Below are positions 49,601 through 61,600 of a DNA stretch of 64,000 nucleotides, piece after piece. Within the stretch, counting starts at the first letter, position 1. Every line of letters starts with the position of its first letter. The position numbers were made by a program, and so were the translations under genes. Source of the stretch: Marsupella aquatica (Eukaryota > Plantae > Marchantiophyta). A model generated the notes under the pieces. It was not told the DNA's origin and did no database searches. It worked only from the letters and a program-made list of their open reading frames with translations. The stretch spans positions 15,747,375 through 15,811,374 of the forward strand of contig OZ316897.1 of the NCBI GenBank assembly GCA_973895155.1. The letters are read 5' to 3'.

Positions 49601-52600
49601 CACATTAGAATTCTTTTCTGGAATACTTTTCAATAACACTGGTCGTCTAGTTTCTTCCCTCATCCCCCTGTGAAATGTTTCCGACGTTGGCTTACCAAAG
49701 GTTTTACTTTTTGGCATTTGCTTCAGCCGCTGAACACTTTGCAGACTGCAAAAATCTCTGTCATTTTCCCCACTTAGTGCCTTCTTCGTCTTTCCAAATC
49801 CAGTCTTCATGAATTCATGAGACCGTTTCCCAGACATCCAAATAGGCATTGAACCTTCCAGATTACTCCCCAATTTGTCCTTTGTTGGTGACAAAGGAGA
49901 TACAACTTGACGTCCAGGGGGACCAATACTCTCCAAGGAGTCAGAGGAGCTCCCTGACCTCTCTTTACCACCGACCAATGATTTCTTCTCACTAATTGCA
50001 AGTCGTAAAGGACTACGTTTTAACTTGCTCATAGGGGTGGGGGGTGGCATATCTAAAACAGTAGTTATTCCAGGGATATCTGGGCCAACCACTGTGTAGG
50101 GGCCATCCGGCAATGAAACATCATCAGAAACTCCATCTGAATAATCATCTGATTCGTAACACGCCGCCATTGGAAAAACTAGTGCAAATTGACAGGAAAC
50201 TCAGAAAATCAGTAAAATCTAACAAATGTTCTCAAAATAATGACCAAGAGTCATGAATAAACGAGCCTATTTATAGTTTTTCACGGATTGTTGGGACTTT
50301 TTAACTTCAAAAATATCAAATATTCATGAAATTTGCAAGCTTTTTCCCGTTAATACCCCGAAATATTCATGAATAATTGGCCCAAAAACATTGATTTATC
50401 ATGATTCTGGGTTAATTTTACTAAGTCGCGCCTGATCCGTGATTAGTATGTATAACCAAGGAACACAGGGCAGCCCATTCATTTTCACTCAATGTCATTT
50501 GGATTTCCTTTGTAAAAGAGTGAAAAACAATCTCGCTATCCAATTTCATGCCATTTTCAGCACTCATCGGCGACGTGTCGCGAGTTGTCGCGGTCGCACT
50601 TCATTTCGACCCTGTTTTAGGTAGTAATTTAGGCCCTGGGTGATTTCTTCACGTCACCCCCCTCCGAACCCTATTTTAAATACCCTTCTGCATCACCGAG
50701 GTGTACAAGCAAAGAGAGAGGAGACTCCCTTCATGAATTCATGAAGGTCGGAGCGAGAGGGAGACTCCCTTCATGAATTCATGATAGGAGTCCTGGGGTG
50801 GCCGAGAGCGTTGTTAGATCCGTAAGGACACGGTTTTAGTAGCCATTTGTTGGCACATTCCTTGGTTCTGTGGCACTTTGTCTCGCAGGTTGGGGTTGAA
50901 GTGGACTGATTTTGTGGTATGTTCTCAGGTTTGAAGATCAGGCAAAAACATGACAATGTCGCAGGAAGAGCTGGTGGATGACATCTTTTCGCGCCATCCT
51001 TTGACGGACTTCCACAACTCATCCTGGACGATTTCCTTAGGGACGGAAACATGGAAGAAGCCCTTCCTAATGCTGTGTGTATTTGAGGGGCTTCCATCGG
51101 GGGCATTAGGGTGGGTAAATTACGGCCGCATCGATGTATTTCGACGGGGCGACGAAGTTGTGAACATGTTGATCACAACGAAGGAAACATCAACTTTGAT
51201 TGTCGTGGATGTGGAGAGGTTTTCTGGAACGGCTGCCACCTGCTATCTCGATGAGGACATCGATAGCATCATTGAGACTGTCAAGTCTCTTTCGAGTGAG
51301 GAACGTTACCACGATGTCGCGGGAAAGATTTCCGGTTTTGTGTTTGAATTTCACGCTAGCACTTTAAAGAGTGCAATCCGAAAATCAAGAGAGATTCTCC
51401 GGAAAAGGTCGGCAGAGAAGGGAGTAAGTCGTCCACCCAAATCTGGGGCTTCCGGTGTTCCTTCTGGATCGAGGCCTAGCATTTTACCCGATGATATTTT
51501 GACCGTGGTAGCGCCTACAACCTCCCGGGAAGCAGCAGCATCTGGAGGGGGATCTCAAGTTGGCAGATCATCCCAGGGAACGACTTTGACTGGTGGGTCG
51601 GCACAAGGTACGACTGGAACTCACATTTCTTCAAAGAAGCGACCTGCTATGACTCCTGAGCCTACCGAGCCCAGTGCTACAAAGTCAAAAAAGAAGACTT
51701 TGGAGAAAATTCCAACGCATTTGGAGCAAAAGGCTCAATCAATGTCAATGGATGCACGGGTATTGTACCAGGAGGAGATTCTGGGAAGATGTGGTGTTCA
51801 AGAGGAGACCGTGACCGTTGACATTGGTCAACTTTACCCTCCAGTGAGAGAGAAGGCTGTGGGCTTGCCCATTTACCAGGTCCGACACATCCAACCATAT
51901 TTCTTGACCCAATTGACCTTGCGGATGAAGACTGTAGGTGCCAGTCCACTTGCAGCTCCGTTTGTCCTCTTGGTGGATCCGAAGGAGTGTGCTACTAGGC
52001 AAGACTTTGATTTTTCAAGGAAAGCTGATTACCATTATTATGTGATTGGGGGCAACCATTCAGCCTGTGCCAAAGCAGACCTTGCTCTTCAGTTCCCTAA
52101 CAACAAGGCATTTCGAAGAGTGCAATGTTGGATATTTGCGGGATTGAGTGTGCAAGAGGCAAGAAACCTTGCGTGGAGTCACAATATTGATTCTGAATTT
52201 CGACAACAGATGACGACAATCCAGAGAGTAAATTATATTCACATGAGATTTGTTGAGAATGGATTGTCGTCCAACCAGGATTTCAAGAAAGAGTGTGCTA
52301 CTGAAATCAATCTCAAGGATTGGGGTGTACGAAAGGATGCTGAGGTTCTTAATGCCAATGATAACCTATTTCAGTTGGCATTCCGACAAGATCCTGTGTG
52401 GTCATTTGTGAGGCAGATTTGTGACAAGTGGGAGATGTGTGAGATCAAAGGTCAAAAAGGAGACAAAGGCAAGAAGAAAGTCTCTAAGTCTGGAGATGCC
52501 AAATTGCCTTATGAGGACATGAAATTAACAGAGTGGAGACACATGCAGGCCTTGAAAGATCCTGATATGATTTGCCCAGTGTTACAGAGAGTTCTTACTA

Positions 52601-53401
52601 AAGAACTCTCTTTACAGGAAATGGGTCACGAATTTACTCGACACAAATTTCAGATGCAGGTGCAGAAGGCCTTCCTCACGTGTCTACACGAGGAGAGTTG
52701 GTCAGGTTGTAAAACCAAGTACCCTGAGCATTGCACAGACAATGTGCTTAAGAATTTTGTACCTGTTTTCCAGACATGGGTAAGATTCTGTCACCTTTCT
52801 TCGAATGATTGTTTGAATTCATTTAATATTTGGAATCCTTGTTTCTAATTCTACAGTTCCTTTTTGTAGAAAGATACCACCTCCCGGAAAAAGAAGGGAG
52901 ATGAGGAAGGCAAAGATCTCAAGTCATTCCCGGACAAATTCAATGCGCATATTGTGCAAGCCCAAAATTGGCTATCCATGAAGACTTCTAGTCGGCAAAC
53001 CCAAGAGGGGGAACTTCATCCAAATTCGTTTGAGCATCCAGAGTTTGGTGATGTGCACTATGATATTTTTACTCATGATGCTCAGCGATTACATGAGGTG
53101 GTTCCGGGTCGGGCTTACACATTAGCTTTAGTGGATATTCCCTACGGGTTTGCATTGCCTGGATGTCTTCATGAAGACACTATTGGATGGGGAACTGAGG
53201 AGATCACAAAAATGGTCCAATCGTTCAAGGTGGCTACTACTGCAAAGTTGTGGCGTATTATCATTCACCACAGCCTTGACCAATATGAGGCCATCAAGAC
53301 CGTTTTGAAAGCGGAGTGTAATGGAGGGTTCCAGAATTGTGTGTGGTAAGAAATATTTGTTTTTGAAAAAAACAACTATTAGTTATTCATGATTTCATGA
53401 A
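46669..53401. repeat. Dispersed 16-bp palindrome TTCATGAATTCATGAA and TCATGA half-sites in element B
   Basis: Full or near-full copies at 46669, 49806, 50730, 50770 and 53386. Half-sites at ~50251, ~50323, ~50366, ~50399 and ~54274. Confidence 0.8.
46772..50170 (-). CDS. Element B Sola-like/DUF7869-type DDD transposase, about 1099 aa, open frame
   Basis: Exons 50170-48604 and 48504-46772 (GT-AG, phase 1, same position as in element A) join in frame. Motifs IDGMDQKKT, LYLQLDNTSRENKN and FLLVGHTHDQIDQMFS, plus CCQSHCL and CADC. Confidence 0.9.
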
Positions 53402-54011
53402 CCATGTTTCTCAATTTAAATAACTCCTTGACTTTTTGTGACTTTTCAGGGTTAAGGATAATGTGAAGAATGCTGGTGGACCAAGATTGAACAGCAACTT
53501 TGAGTGCTTTACAATTGGCTTTCACAGCCAGGATGGTAAACGGTCATTGGAGCATTTCAATTTTGACACAAATGAATCAAGGAACAATGTGGTTGTATGC
53601 GCAGCTGTGACTAAGAAGCTGAAACACAACGGGGATAACAAGGCAGTGAATGTTTATCAGAAACCACGTGCATTGTTAGATTGGGAAGTGAGTCATTTTA
53701 GTCAGGTTGGAGACTGGGTTTTGGATATTTGTTCAGGATCAGGGACTGGGACAACCTCCTCCTTGGCCATGGGGAGACATTGCGTTGCCATTGAGATTGA
53801 CGAGCGACAGAGCAGTGTGTTGAAAGGGAGGATTCTTAACCTTGCAGATAACATTGAAGAGGAAGACGGACAGGGGGAGATGGATGAGGAGAGTGAGGAA
53901 GACATTCCTCAGGCCGGAGAGGATAGCGTGGTTGACGATGCCACAATTGTTCCAGAATTGACGACAGGGACTTCCGGAACCGAGGAAGGGGAAGCGGTCC
54001 CTTTGGATTAG
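50950..54011 (+). CDS. Element B ParB-like domain + beta-class N6A/N4C DNA methyltransferase fusion, about 955 aa, open frame
   Basis: Exons 50950-52779, 52870-53345 and 53450-54011 join in frame (2868 nt). ParB-like APFVLLVDP..YYVIGGNHSACAK..EARNLAWSHN. MTase motif IV LVDIPYG, then WVK, then VYQKPRALL..DWVLDICSGSGTGTTSSLAMGRHCVAIEIDE (motifs X-I-II). Acidic tail. Confidence 0.9.
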
Positions 54012-56949
54012 ACTAGATAAATAGAGGGACTCGTAGCATTTGAAACCACTTGGGCTTAAGTTGGGTTATATTTTGTAAAACTTTGAGTTTGACTTAAACT
54101 CTGATCGATGAGTTTGATTTTGATTACTTTTATAAAGTGCATATTTCAAGGTTTATACAATTGTGAGAATATCATATAAGATATGCTTAGATTTTGGTGG
54201 TAAAATTCTCTTGAGTCTAGTTTGGAAAATACATACCATTTTTTGGTGGTTTTTTGGTATACACTTTTTAATATCATGAAGATTTTGAAAAGAGAAATAA
54301 GGCTTTGGACTCATCCCTTAAGGCTTCTTGTTCATCTCAAGGGAAGCAAGAAAAAAGTTAAGGGGAAAGCAAGAAGTGGTGGCTTTCCTAAGGGCGCAAG
54401 CCCCCTTTAAGTATACCCCCGAGCGCCAGGTGCCGTCCGTTGCCCTCTCCCGGGTATTGACTCACCCGAGTATCGGGGAGTATTTTCTCCTCCCTTCTAC
54501 CGCTCGCGTACCTGCCCCCCTCTCACCTGCCCTCCAAAGCGTCCCGGCTGCGCTTAATTGGGGGATTTAATTCTCCCCCCACTACTCGCGGGAGCGCCTC
54601 CCTTCCTCTCTCGCGGGAGCGCCTTGTGCCTCCCTGCCGGGGCATACTTGCGGTGGCCCCCCCCCCCACGGGGTGTTAACCTCCCTTTTTTTTCTTCACC
54701 CTCCTGCGCCTCGCGGTGGCGCCTCGCGTCCTGGCATACTTAATGGAGGGCTCGCCTCCCTATGGAGGCTTGCCCCAACTCACGCCCATGAGAAGGGCTC
54801 ACCACGTGTGCTCCCCCATTGCACGAGGCCCTAGGCAGAGCGCACCTCACTCCTCCACGTGGCTGTCTTGTGGCACGCGGCCCTATGCAGGGCGCGCGCT
54901 TGTTTTATTTTGGGGGGGATTTAACCCCTCCGGCTTGACCCACTCGCGGGCTCACCTACACCCTGGCCAAGCCTGCCATTCGCGGCAGCGCTTCGGCTGC
55001 CTCGCGCCCTGACCGGCTCGACCCACGGCTGCTACACCCTGCTCCCCGGCTGCATTGCCCACTCGCGGCATCACCCCAAAAAAACCCCCTTGGTCCGTTG
55101 TTGTTTTTTTTCTTCTTCCCCTAAACCTTGCTATTGGGGCCTCCAACATGGCCATAAATTAATGGGGAGTCCCCCAAAGCAGAGCCCTCCGCCCAACACA
55201 TTTGCAAAATAGTTAGGGGGGGGGGTAAAAAAAAGTGCAGTACTCCAATCACCAGTGACAGAATTAACTTTAAAAAATTTGAAAAAATGCTTATTTACAA
55301 AGGTTATTTACACTGCGCAACACTCCGCGACCCATTATTCGTGATTTTGAGTGACGGGGACCCCGTCACACTACATTTAGCATTTATTAGCAATTCTCCT
55401 TAAAGTGTAGTACTCGTAATATTCAGTTCTAGTATTATAGAAGGTAGGTAGAGAGACATTTAATAGATAGTTGTAATAGGCTTATGATAAGCCAAATTTT
55501 CAGGATTTGTAAGCATGTTGTGATATAATATAAGGCCATTGCCATGCCTGGATTGACCACCATATATTGTGACATGTGTTGATATCTCATTGGCAATATT
55601 TATAGGAGTGAGTCATTTAAGTCACTCGTTGTCTTTGGCAAGTTGTTTCTTTGACTCACTTAATCATTACAATGACCTTAAGAAAGCATTTGATATATGT
55701 GTCATATTCACTCATTCAAATGTCTTATACAATGACTCACTTCTAAGTCATTTCTTTAGTTATTGATCTATCTCAATTTCAGTCATTAAAAATGACTCAA
55801 CTCCTTAAGTCATACCTAATAAGATTCTAAGTCACAAGAATGACACAAGTCATAGAAGAGTCATACAAAGTCATACAAAGTCAAAGAGTGTCATTTTTCA
55901 GAGTCATAATCTGGGGGGATTTCTAGTGATTCACAACCGCAAGCCCATGATTGTCCAACGCACAAGAAGTCAACACAAAGAGATACATGGTTCAGAGAAA
56001 AGATGATATTCACAATGACAAGCCCATGATCATCCAACACACAAGTAGTTGACACAAAGAGATACGTGGTTCACCTTGGCTGACGCTATATGTCCACTCT
56101 AGGCGCATCGACCAGATCAAGTGACCTTTGTAATACAAGTTATGCATATCTCTCAACTGGCTCCGTAACAATGAGCCTGATCGATCCCAAGCCTGAATTC
56201 CTCCTACCAGGTAAACACCGCTTGTGATATAGAATGCACAATGATTAATAAACCTAACCAAGTCTGTGACTAAGGTTAGCCCTAACTGTGATTACATTTG
56301 TAACCCTGGACATAAGAGTAAATGTCTAACATCCAGGGCATATACTAGTAATTTGGTACTATTCTATGGGCTCTACACCATGATTGAGCATGGGCGTTGT
56401 TATTCACATTTGTGCACTACATGACTCAAAAGGTGAAGCATATATATGAGTAACTATTGCAACACTAAGGAGGTGATAGAGACTGGGAATACAATGTTGC
56501 AGCCAAGACACCACTCTTTGATATGCATAAGGACTACACAAGGCAAAATTGACGTGCTCCCATGTGGGACAATCACCCACTTTGATGAGGCTTTCCCATG
56601 CATCTGAACAAAGATGTGGGGAAAAACGCAAAGTGTGTAAATTGGACAAATTCCTGGCTCTGACTGTGGGGAATTTTCCCACTTGCATCTTTGATGGGTA
56701 ATACACATTCACTTATGTCAGAACTCCCACACTCGGATAAGGCTGGGACTTCTCTACATCCCCAGCATTCAAAGCAGGTTTCCATAATGTCATGCTTACG
56801 GGAGGTTTGAGGAAGCCCTATGTTGAAGGCTGGGATTTCAAGATTGTTCAGTCAAGCAATATTGAGAATCCCTATGTAGAATCCAGTTACAAGTTGGCAG
56901 ACCCTTAAATTTTATGTAAGATTGCGGGGTTTATCTTGTTCTCCCACAT

Positions 56950-58035
56950 TTGTTACGGTAATATTGGATTGGACCTTGTTGGGGAATCTGTTTGTTCTTA
57001 CTTTTAGACAATAACTTTTTATTTCTCACAGTGTGTGTTCGATATTTCCCTGTTATGTGTCTACATACTTTTGTCAACAACCCAGTAGGAATTTGTCAGC
57101 AACTAGTGGGAACTTTGCATTTCTCAGAAAGTGGGTTTCGACATATCCTTGAGGGAATTTCAAATTACTATCAGAACACAGTACAAACTATGCACTTCTC
57201 GGCAGTGTATGTGATATTTCCCTATGAGGCATTTTAATATCTCTATCAACAACACCACGGGAACTGCCCGTGTGTTTGCTATTTTCCTATAGTTGATTTG
57301 GACATTTTCGTCAAAACCCTAGTGGGAATTCTACTGTCATCAGCAGTGCATTTCATATTTCCCTACTAGGCATTTTAGTATTTTCCTCAACAACCTAATG
57401 GAACTTTGCATTTCTCAGAGTGTGTTCAGACATAAATTACTAGGGGGGATTTCATGATTTTTGTCATCAACCCACCGGGAATTATGCACTTCTCAGCTAT
57501 ATATTGATATTTCCTTATTAGGTAAATCAATATCTGTGTCAACACCTCCATGGGAATTGCTAGTGTGTTTGATGTTTTCCTATGGTGAATTTGAACATTT
57601 TGGTCTCAAAACCCAGTGTGAACTTTAATCTTCTCAATTACGTGTTTACTATTTCCCTAATAGGCATTTCAATATTTTCTTCATCAACCTCCCGGGAACT
57701 TTGCATTTCTCAGACTGTGCTCACCTTCCCTAGTGGGAAACTCAAGATTTTTGTCAGCACCCCTCTGGGAATTATATTCTTCTTAGCCGTGTATTTGATA
57801 TTTCCGCAAATCAATGTCTGTCAACAACCCCGCGGGAATTGCCAGTGTTTGATATTTTTCTGTTGTAGATTTGAACATTTTAGTCAAAACCCCATGGGAA
57901 TTTTAATCTGCTCAGCTAAGGTTTTTATGTTTCCCTACTAGGCAAATCAATGTTTTCCTCAAGAACACAATGGGAACTTTGCATTTCTCAGAGGGTGCGT
58001 TTTGACATTTCACCACAGGGAATTTCAATATTTTC
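56950..58035. repeat. Degenerate tandem array (about 55-60-bp subunits, about 290-bp higher-order period)
   Basis: Recurrent TCAACAACCC..GGGAA(C/T)TTTGCATTTCTCAG..ATTTCCCTA motifs. Confidence 0.75.
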
Positions 58036-58654
58036 ATGAGCCTCGAATTAATCTCTGATAATTAGAAACTCTGACATGTTTCCCAGTTGTGTAGTTGGGT
58101 AAATTGTCTGTTACCTACTTAATATTATAGTATCTAACTAGGTGGAGAATCAATATTTTTCATAAAAAATATGGCCAGGATTATTGATTCCCGTAGGCTT
58201 GTTACTTGGTCTATTGTGTTTACCCAAGTTACTAATTAAACTACTAAACTAAACATCTGAATGATATCACCTGAGCTATAACTTAACCTGAGCTACAGTT
58301 ACACACAGGAAGAATGTACAGATGAATATACAGAACATAAAAAGATGAATGTAATTAACATTAAAAAGAAAATACTAGATTCTAGGAGTTGTCGATCCTA
58401 AAACAGAACATGGCCCGAATCAATACTAAGTAGCTAATTAGTCAGTAAAGAACAACCAATCGCAATTGCACACGATTAGGTGCATTATTAGCAAACTTTG
58501 CAAATAAGCCCAAATTAATAGTTCAACTCCTGACTGCACAATATAGTACCATAAGTATATATATCATCACATGGAGAATATTGTCCCAAGTGTCCGGACA
58601 TTCAAATTCAAAGCTAGCTACTATAACTAAGATCATGGATGTAAATTCTGAAAA

Positions 58655-61600
58655 CTATTTATAGCAGAACCGAAGGTGTTCTACTGTGAGATCCTGAGTC
58701 CCTTGCACTTGGGGTGGTGGGTTCACAACATCTAAAATACGCCCCTCGTTTAGAGCCCAGGAGGCAACCATGTGCATTTTCTGGCGAAGATTGAATCGGT
58801 TGTGCCGCAAAAATGGCTTCGGACCCTTCACATGGTTCTTCTTAGCTATCCATCCGTTAATATTTTCTTCAACATCCTTTTCACTTGCTGCACTCATCAC
58901 CATCATGCACACTGTAATAACAGCCCTGTGCGTTAGCCTTTCTGCTATTATTTTACAATCCTGTAGGGAAATCACAAGCTAGTAATTAATGAATGATTAG
59001 TATATAAGAAAACTGATCATGGCTCTTTGGAAGTGTGAAGTAAACAATATCAAAGCAATAGTTTACAGATTGACCGCAGCTGTCAACAAAGTTGTTATGG
59101 CTAGCTAGTGGCATGGCCCGCAACCAGACAAATAATTATGGCATACATGGAATATCTACGTACTTGTGAATATCTACGTACCGGTTCATCCTCTTGCAGC
59201 TTGTCACCACTTGCAGTTTGTTGTGAGTTTGTTGATTTATCATTTATGATTGCTCGGCATGGTAAGTCTTTCTGAATTGTTTGGCCCTCCAATGTCCTCT
59301 GTAAAAACGACAAAAACCGTGCAGTGCACGTAAGTATGTGGAAACAAGTATCTAGCTACTAGTCACAGAATGTCCAATCAATCTAGCTTATATAGTATTG
59401 CAAGGTCTATCATTAACAAAGCTAGCCAGATAGTTTACTGCTCGCGGTGAAAGAATTGAATAAAAGAAGGCATGGCAAAAGTTTGCAATTAACCTGACTT
59501 GATTTCCTTCTAACAAATTTCTGGAAATGTTGTTTGCCCTCTTCACCCGAAATTGCATTAAACTGCAGAGCTTTGCCACTTGGTCGTGCTTTGTTGGCTA
59601 GGCGTTCACCACCCACATTAACAGGACAGTTTTCCTTATCCTCAAAGCCTGGGGGGCTAATCTCCAAGTCCACGTGCAGCTGGAATAAAAAATATATGGT
59701 AGCAATCAGAAACTGGAGTATGTGGACTGTCAACAATGTATTGAACTGTTGCAAGAACATGCTTGGCAAGATTAATTAATGCAATATTTGATAATTAAAG
59801 TCCATGCCACAATCTTAGTGAGCTAATATATATATATTGTAAATTTATGTCGATCTGGCCTTCTGGTTAACAAAAATGAGAGACGGGATGAGAGAAAGTG
59901 AGATTCATTGAAAGATTGTTGAATCTGGGCATCACCAGCACTTGCAGACTCCTCCTTTTCCTTGGAGGACTATTTGCATCAACCAAGGTGCATCTTGCAA
60001 GTCCCCATTGCTGTTAACTCTTCCTGGGGTGAAAGTCTCAAAATCAGTGCTCCCAAGAAGGTCTTCTGAGTTACAAGGGCCCTTAGGCAATGGAGAGTCA
60101 GAAGATGGAGTTACGTTTGATGACCACCCACCAGAGGATCTGAAATTGGGCCGGTGGTCTGAAGACTTGTCTATTTCCGAGTGCTGTTCGGAAGACACAG
60201 CCAACAAATTATCAAGTTCTTCAAGTTCTGATTTTCTTGAGGCTTGTTGGTCTAGCCTGGGTGCCCTGTCCTCCCAACCAGGTACCCATGGCCACTTGGT
60301 GGGTGGGTACGGATCCATTGCAGTGTAAACTGCAGCTATTTCAATCTGACTTCCCTGAACAATCCCACATGGTCATATTAGAGAAGTATCGATTTGCTAC
60401 TGCTACAATTGAACTTACAATTAATCATGGCTAGACAAAATTCAGCTTACCCTAGCCTCATATGCAATATATATATGGTGGCATGCAAGTTAAAGAATCT
60501 TACTTACTATGTCAAGTATCGAAATTGTTGTACCAAAGTTTCTGCTGAATTGTCCCGCAAGGGATGTAATATTTCCCAATGCCATCTCCAGGGATCCTAG
60601 TTTCTTCCTCAAGTGAGGTTACCTGCACTTTGTACATCTTGAAAGGGTTCTCTTGCGTCACCTCCAAGATTCTTCCCATCCCAAACCTGGCAACCATATC
60701 TGTAACCATATGATCTGATTTGTGCCCTGTCAAGAATTGTCTGTCTGCAATTTGATTGGAATGCATCTGTTTAGGGACAGCCAAAAGGTTCATCCGGTGG
60801 TTGCTGGATTCATGGTTCAGTTGTAATATCTCATCATTGTGGTCTAATGTCGGAACGTGGGAAGTGAGCTTCTCATGAGATTCTGTCGAAGACACTACAG
60901 CTGCACACAGTGTTCAATAATCAGAGATTGCGCACGTACAATGTACAATAATCAGAGGTTGACTTTTTGAAATTCCTGGCAAAGCCCTAAGTACAAATAA
61001 GCAAAAAATTCAAACTCTTATACTAGTTAACACCGGTGGCACTAAGACAAGCAAAAGCTTTATGACAAACTAGAAACCTTTCAAAGTGGTTTGTGCAGAA
61101 CAGCTTCCAAGAACAGAAGTGGGCTTCTCATTAGATTCTGTCGAAGACACTACAGCTGCACGTACACAATGTTCAATAATCAGAGATTGCGCACGTACAG
61201 TGTACAATAATCAGAGGTTGAATTTTTGAAATTCCTGGCAAAGCCCTAAGTACAAATAAGCAAAATATTCAAAGTCTTATACTAGTTAACACCGCTGGCA
61301 CTATGATCAATAAGCAAAAGCTTTATGACAAACTAGAAACCTTTCAAAGTGGTTTGTGCAGAACAACTTCCAAGAACAGAAGTGGGCTTCTCATGAGATT
61401 CTGTCGAAGACACTACAGCTGCACACAGTGTTCAATAATCAGAGGTTGGGCACTACAGTGTCCGATAATCAGAGGTTGAATCTTTGAAATTCCTGGCAAA
61501 GCCCTAAGTACAAATAAGCAAAAAATTCAAACTCTTATACTAGTTAACACTGGTGGCACTATGATCGACAAGCAAAAGCTTTATGACAAATTATAAACCT

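Larger units (their letters stand above)
46212..54332. mobile_element. Element B: 8.1-kb Sola-like TIR DNA transposon with open transposase and ParB-like/amino-MTase genes
   Basis: TIRs AACAAGAAGCCTTAAATGATGAGTAACAAGCC (46212-46243) and the reverse complement of 54301-54332 match at 27/32. The AACAnGA terminus is shared with element A. No TSD seen (GGTA vs CATC). Confidence 0.8.
45372..55370. mobile_element. Solo LTR (about 1.9 kb: 45372-46211 plus 54333-55370) split by element B
   Basis: TGTCAC...GTCACA termini with a perfect 5-bp TSD CTACA at 45367-45371 and 55371-55375. No gag/pol inside. Confidence 0.7.
41563..55928 (+). mobile_element. 5'-truncated CACTA (En/Spm) element with nested insertions
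   Basis: Interrupts the repeat GACAAC|ATTCACAAC, which is contiguous in the paralogue near 6645. Right end TTCTAGTG (reverse complement CACTAG) follows TGAC/GTCA-rich subterminal repeats at ~55600-55910. Contains TnpA-like exons. No left TIR or TSD found. Confidence 0.7.

Noticed and set aside
54328-55155. GC-rich ORFs right of element B
   Set aside because: Short overlapping frames within the solo LTR, with no recognisable domain.
55351-55370. Perfect hairpin GTGACGGGGACCCCGTCAC as a Helitron 3' end or terminator
   Set aside because: Better explained as the end of a TG...CA solo LTR with a 5-bp CTACA TSD; no CTRR follows the hairpin.
55915-55928. CTAG as a Helitron terminus
   Set aside because: The junction with the host repeat falls after CTAGTG, there is no hairpin, and the subterminal repeats plus TnpA-like exons indicate CACTA.
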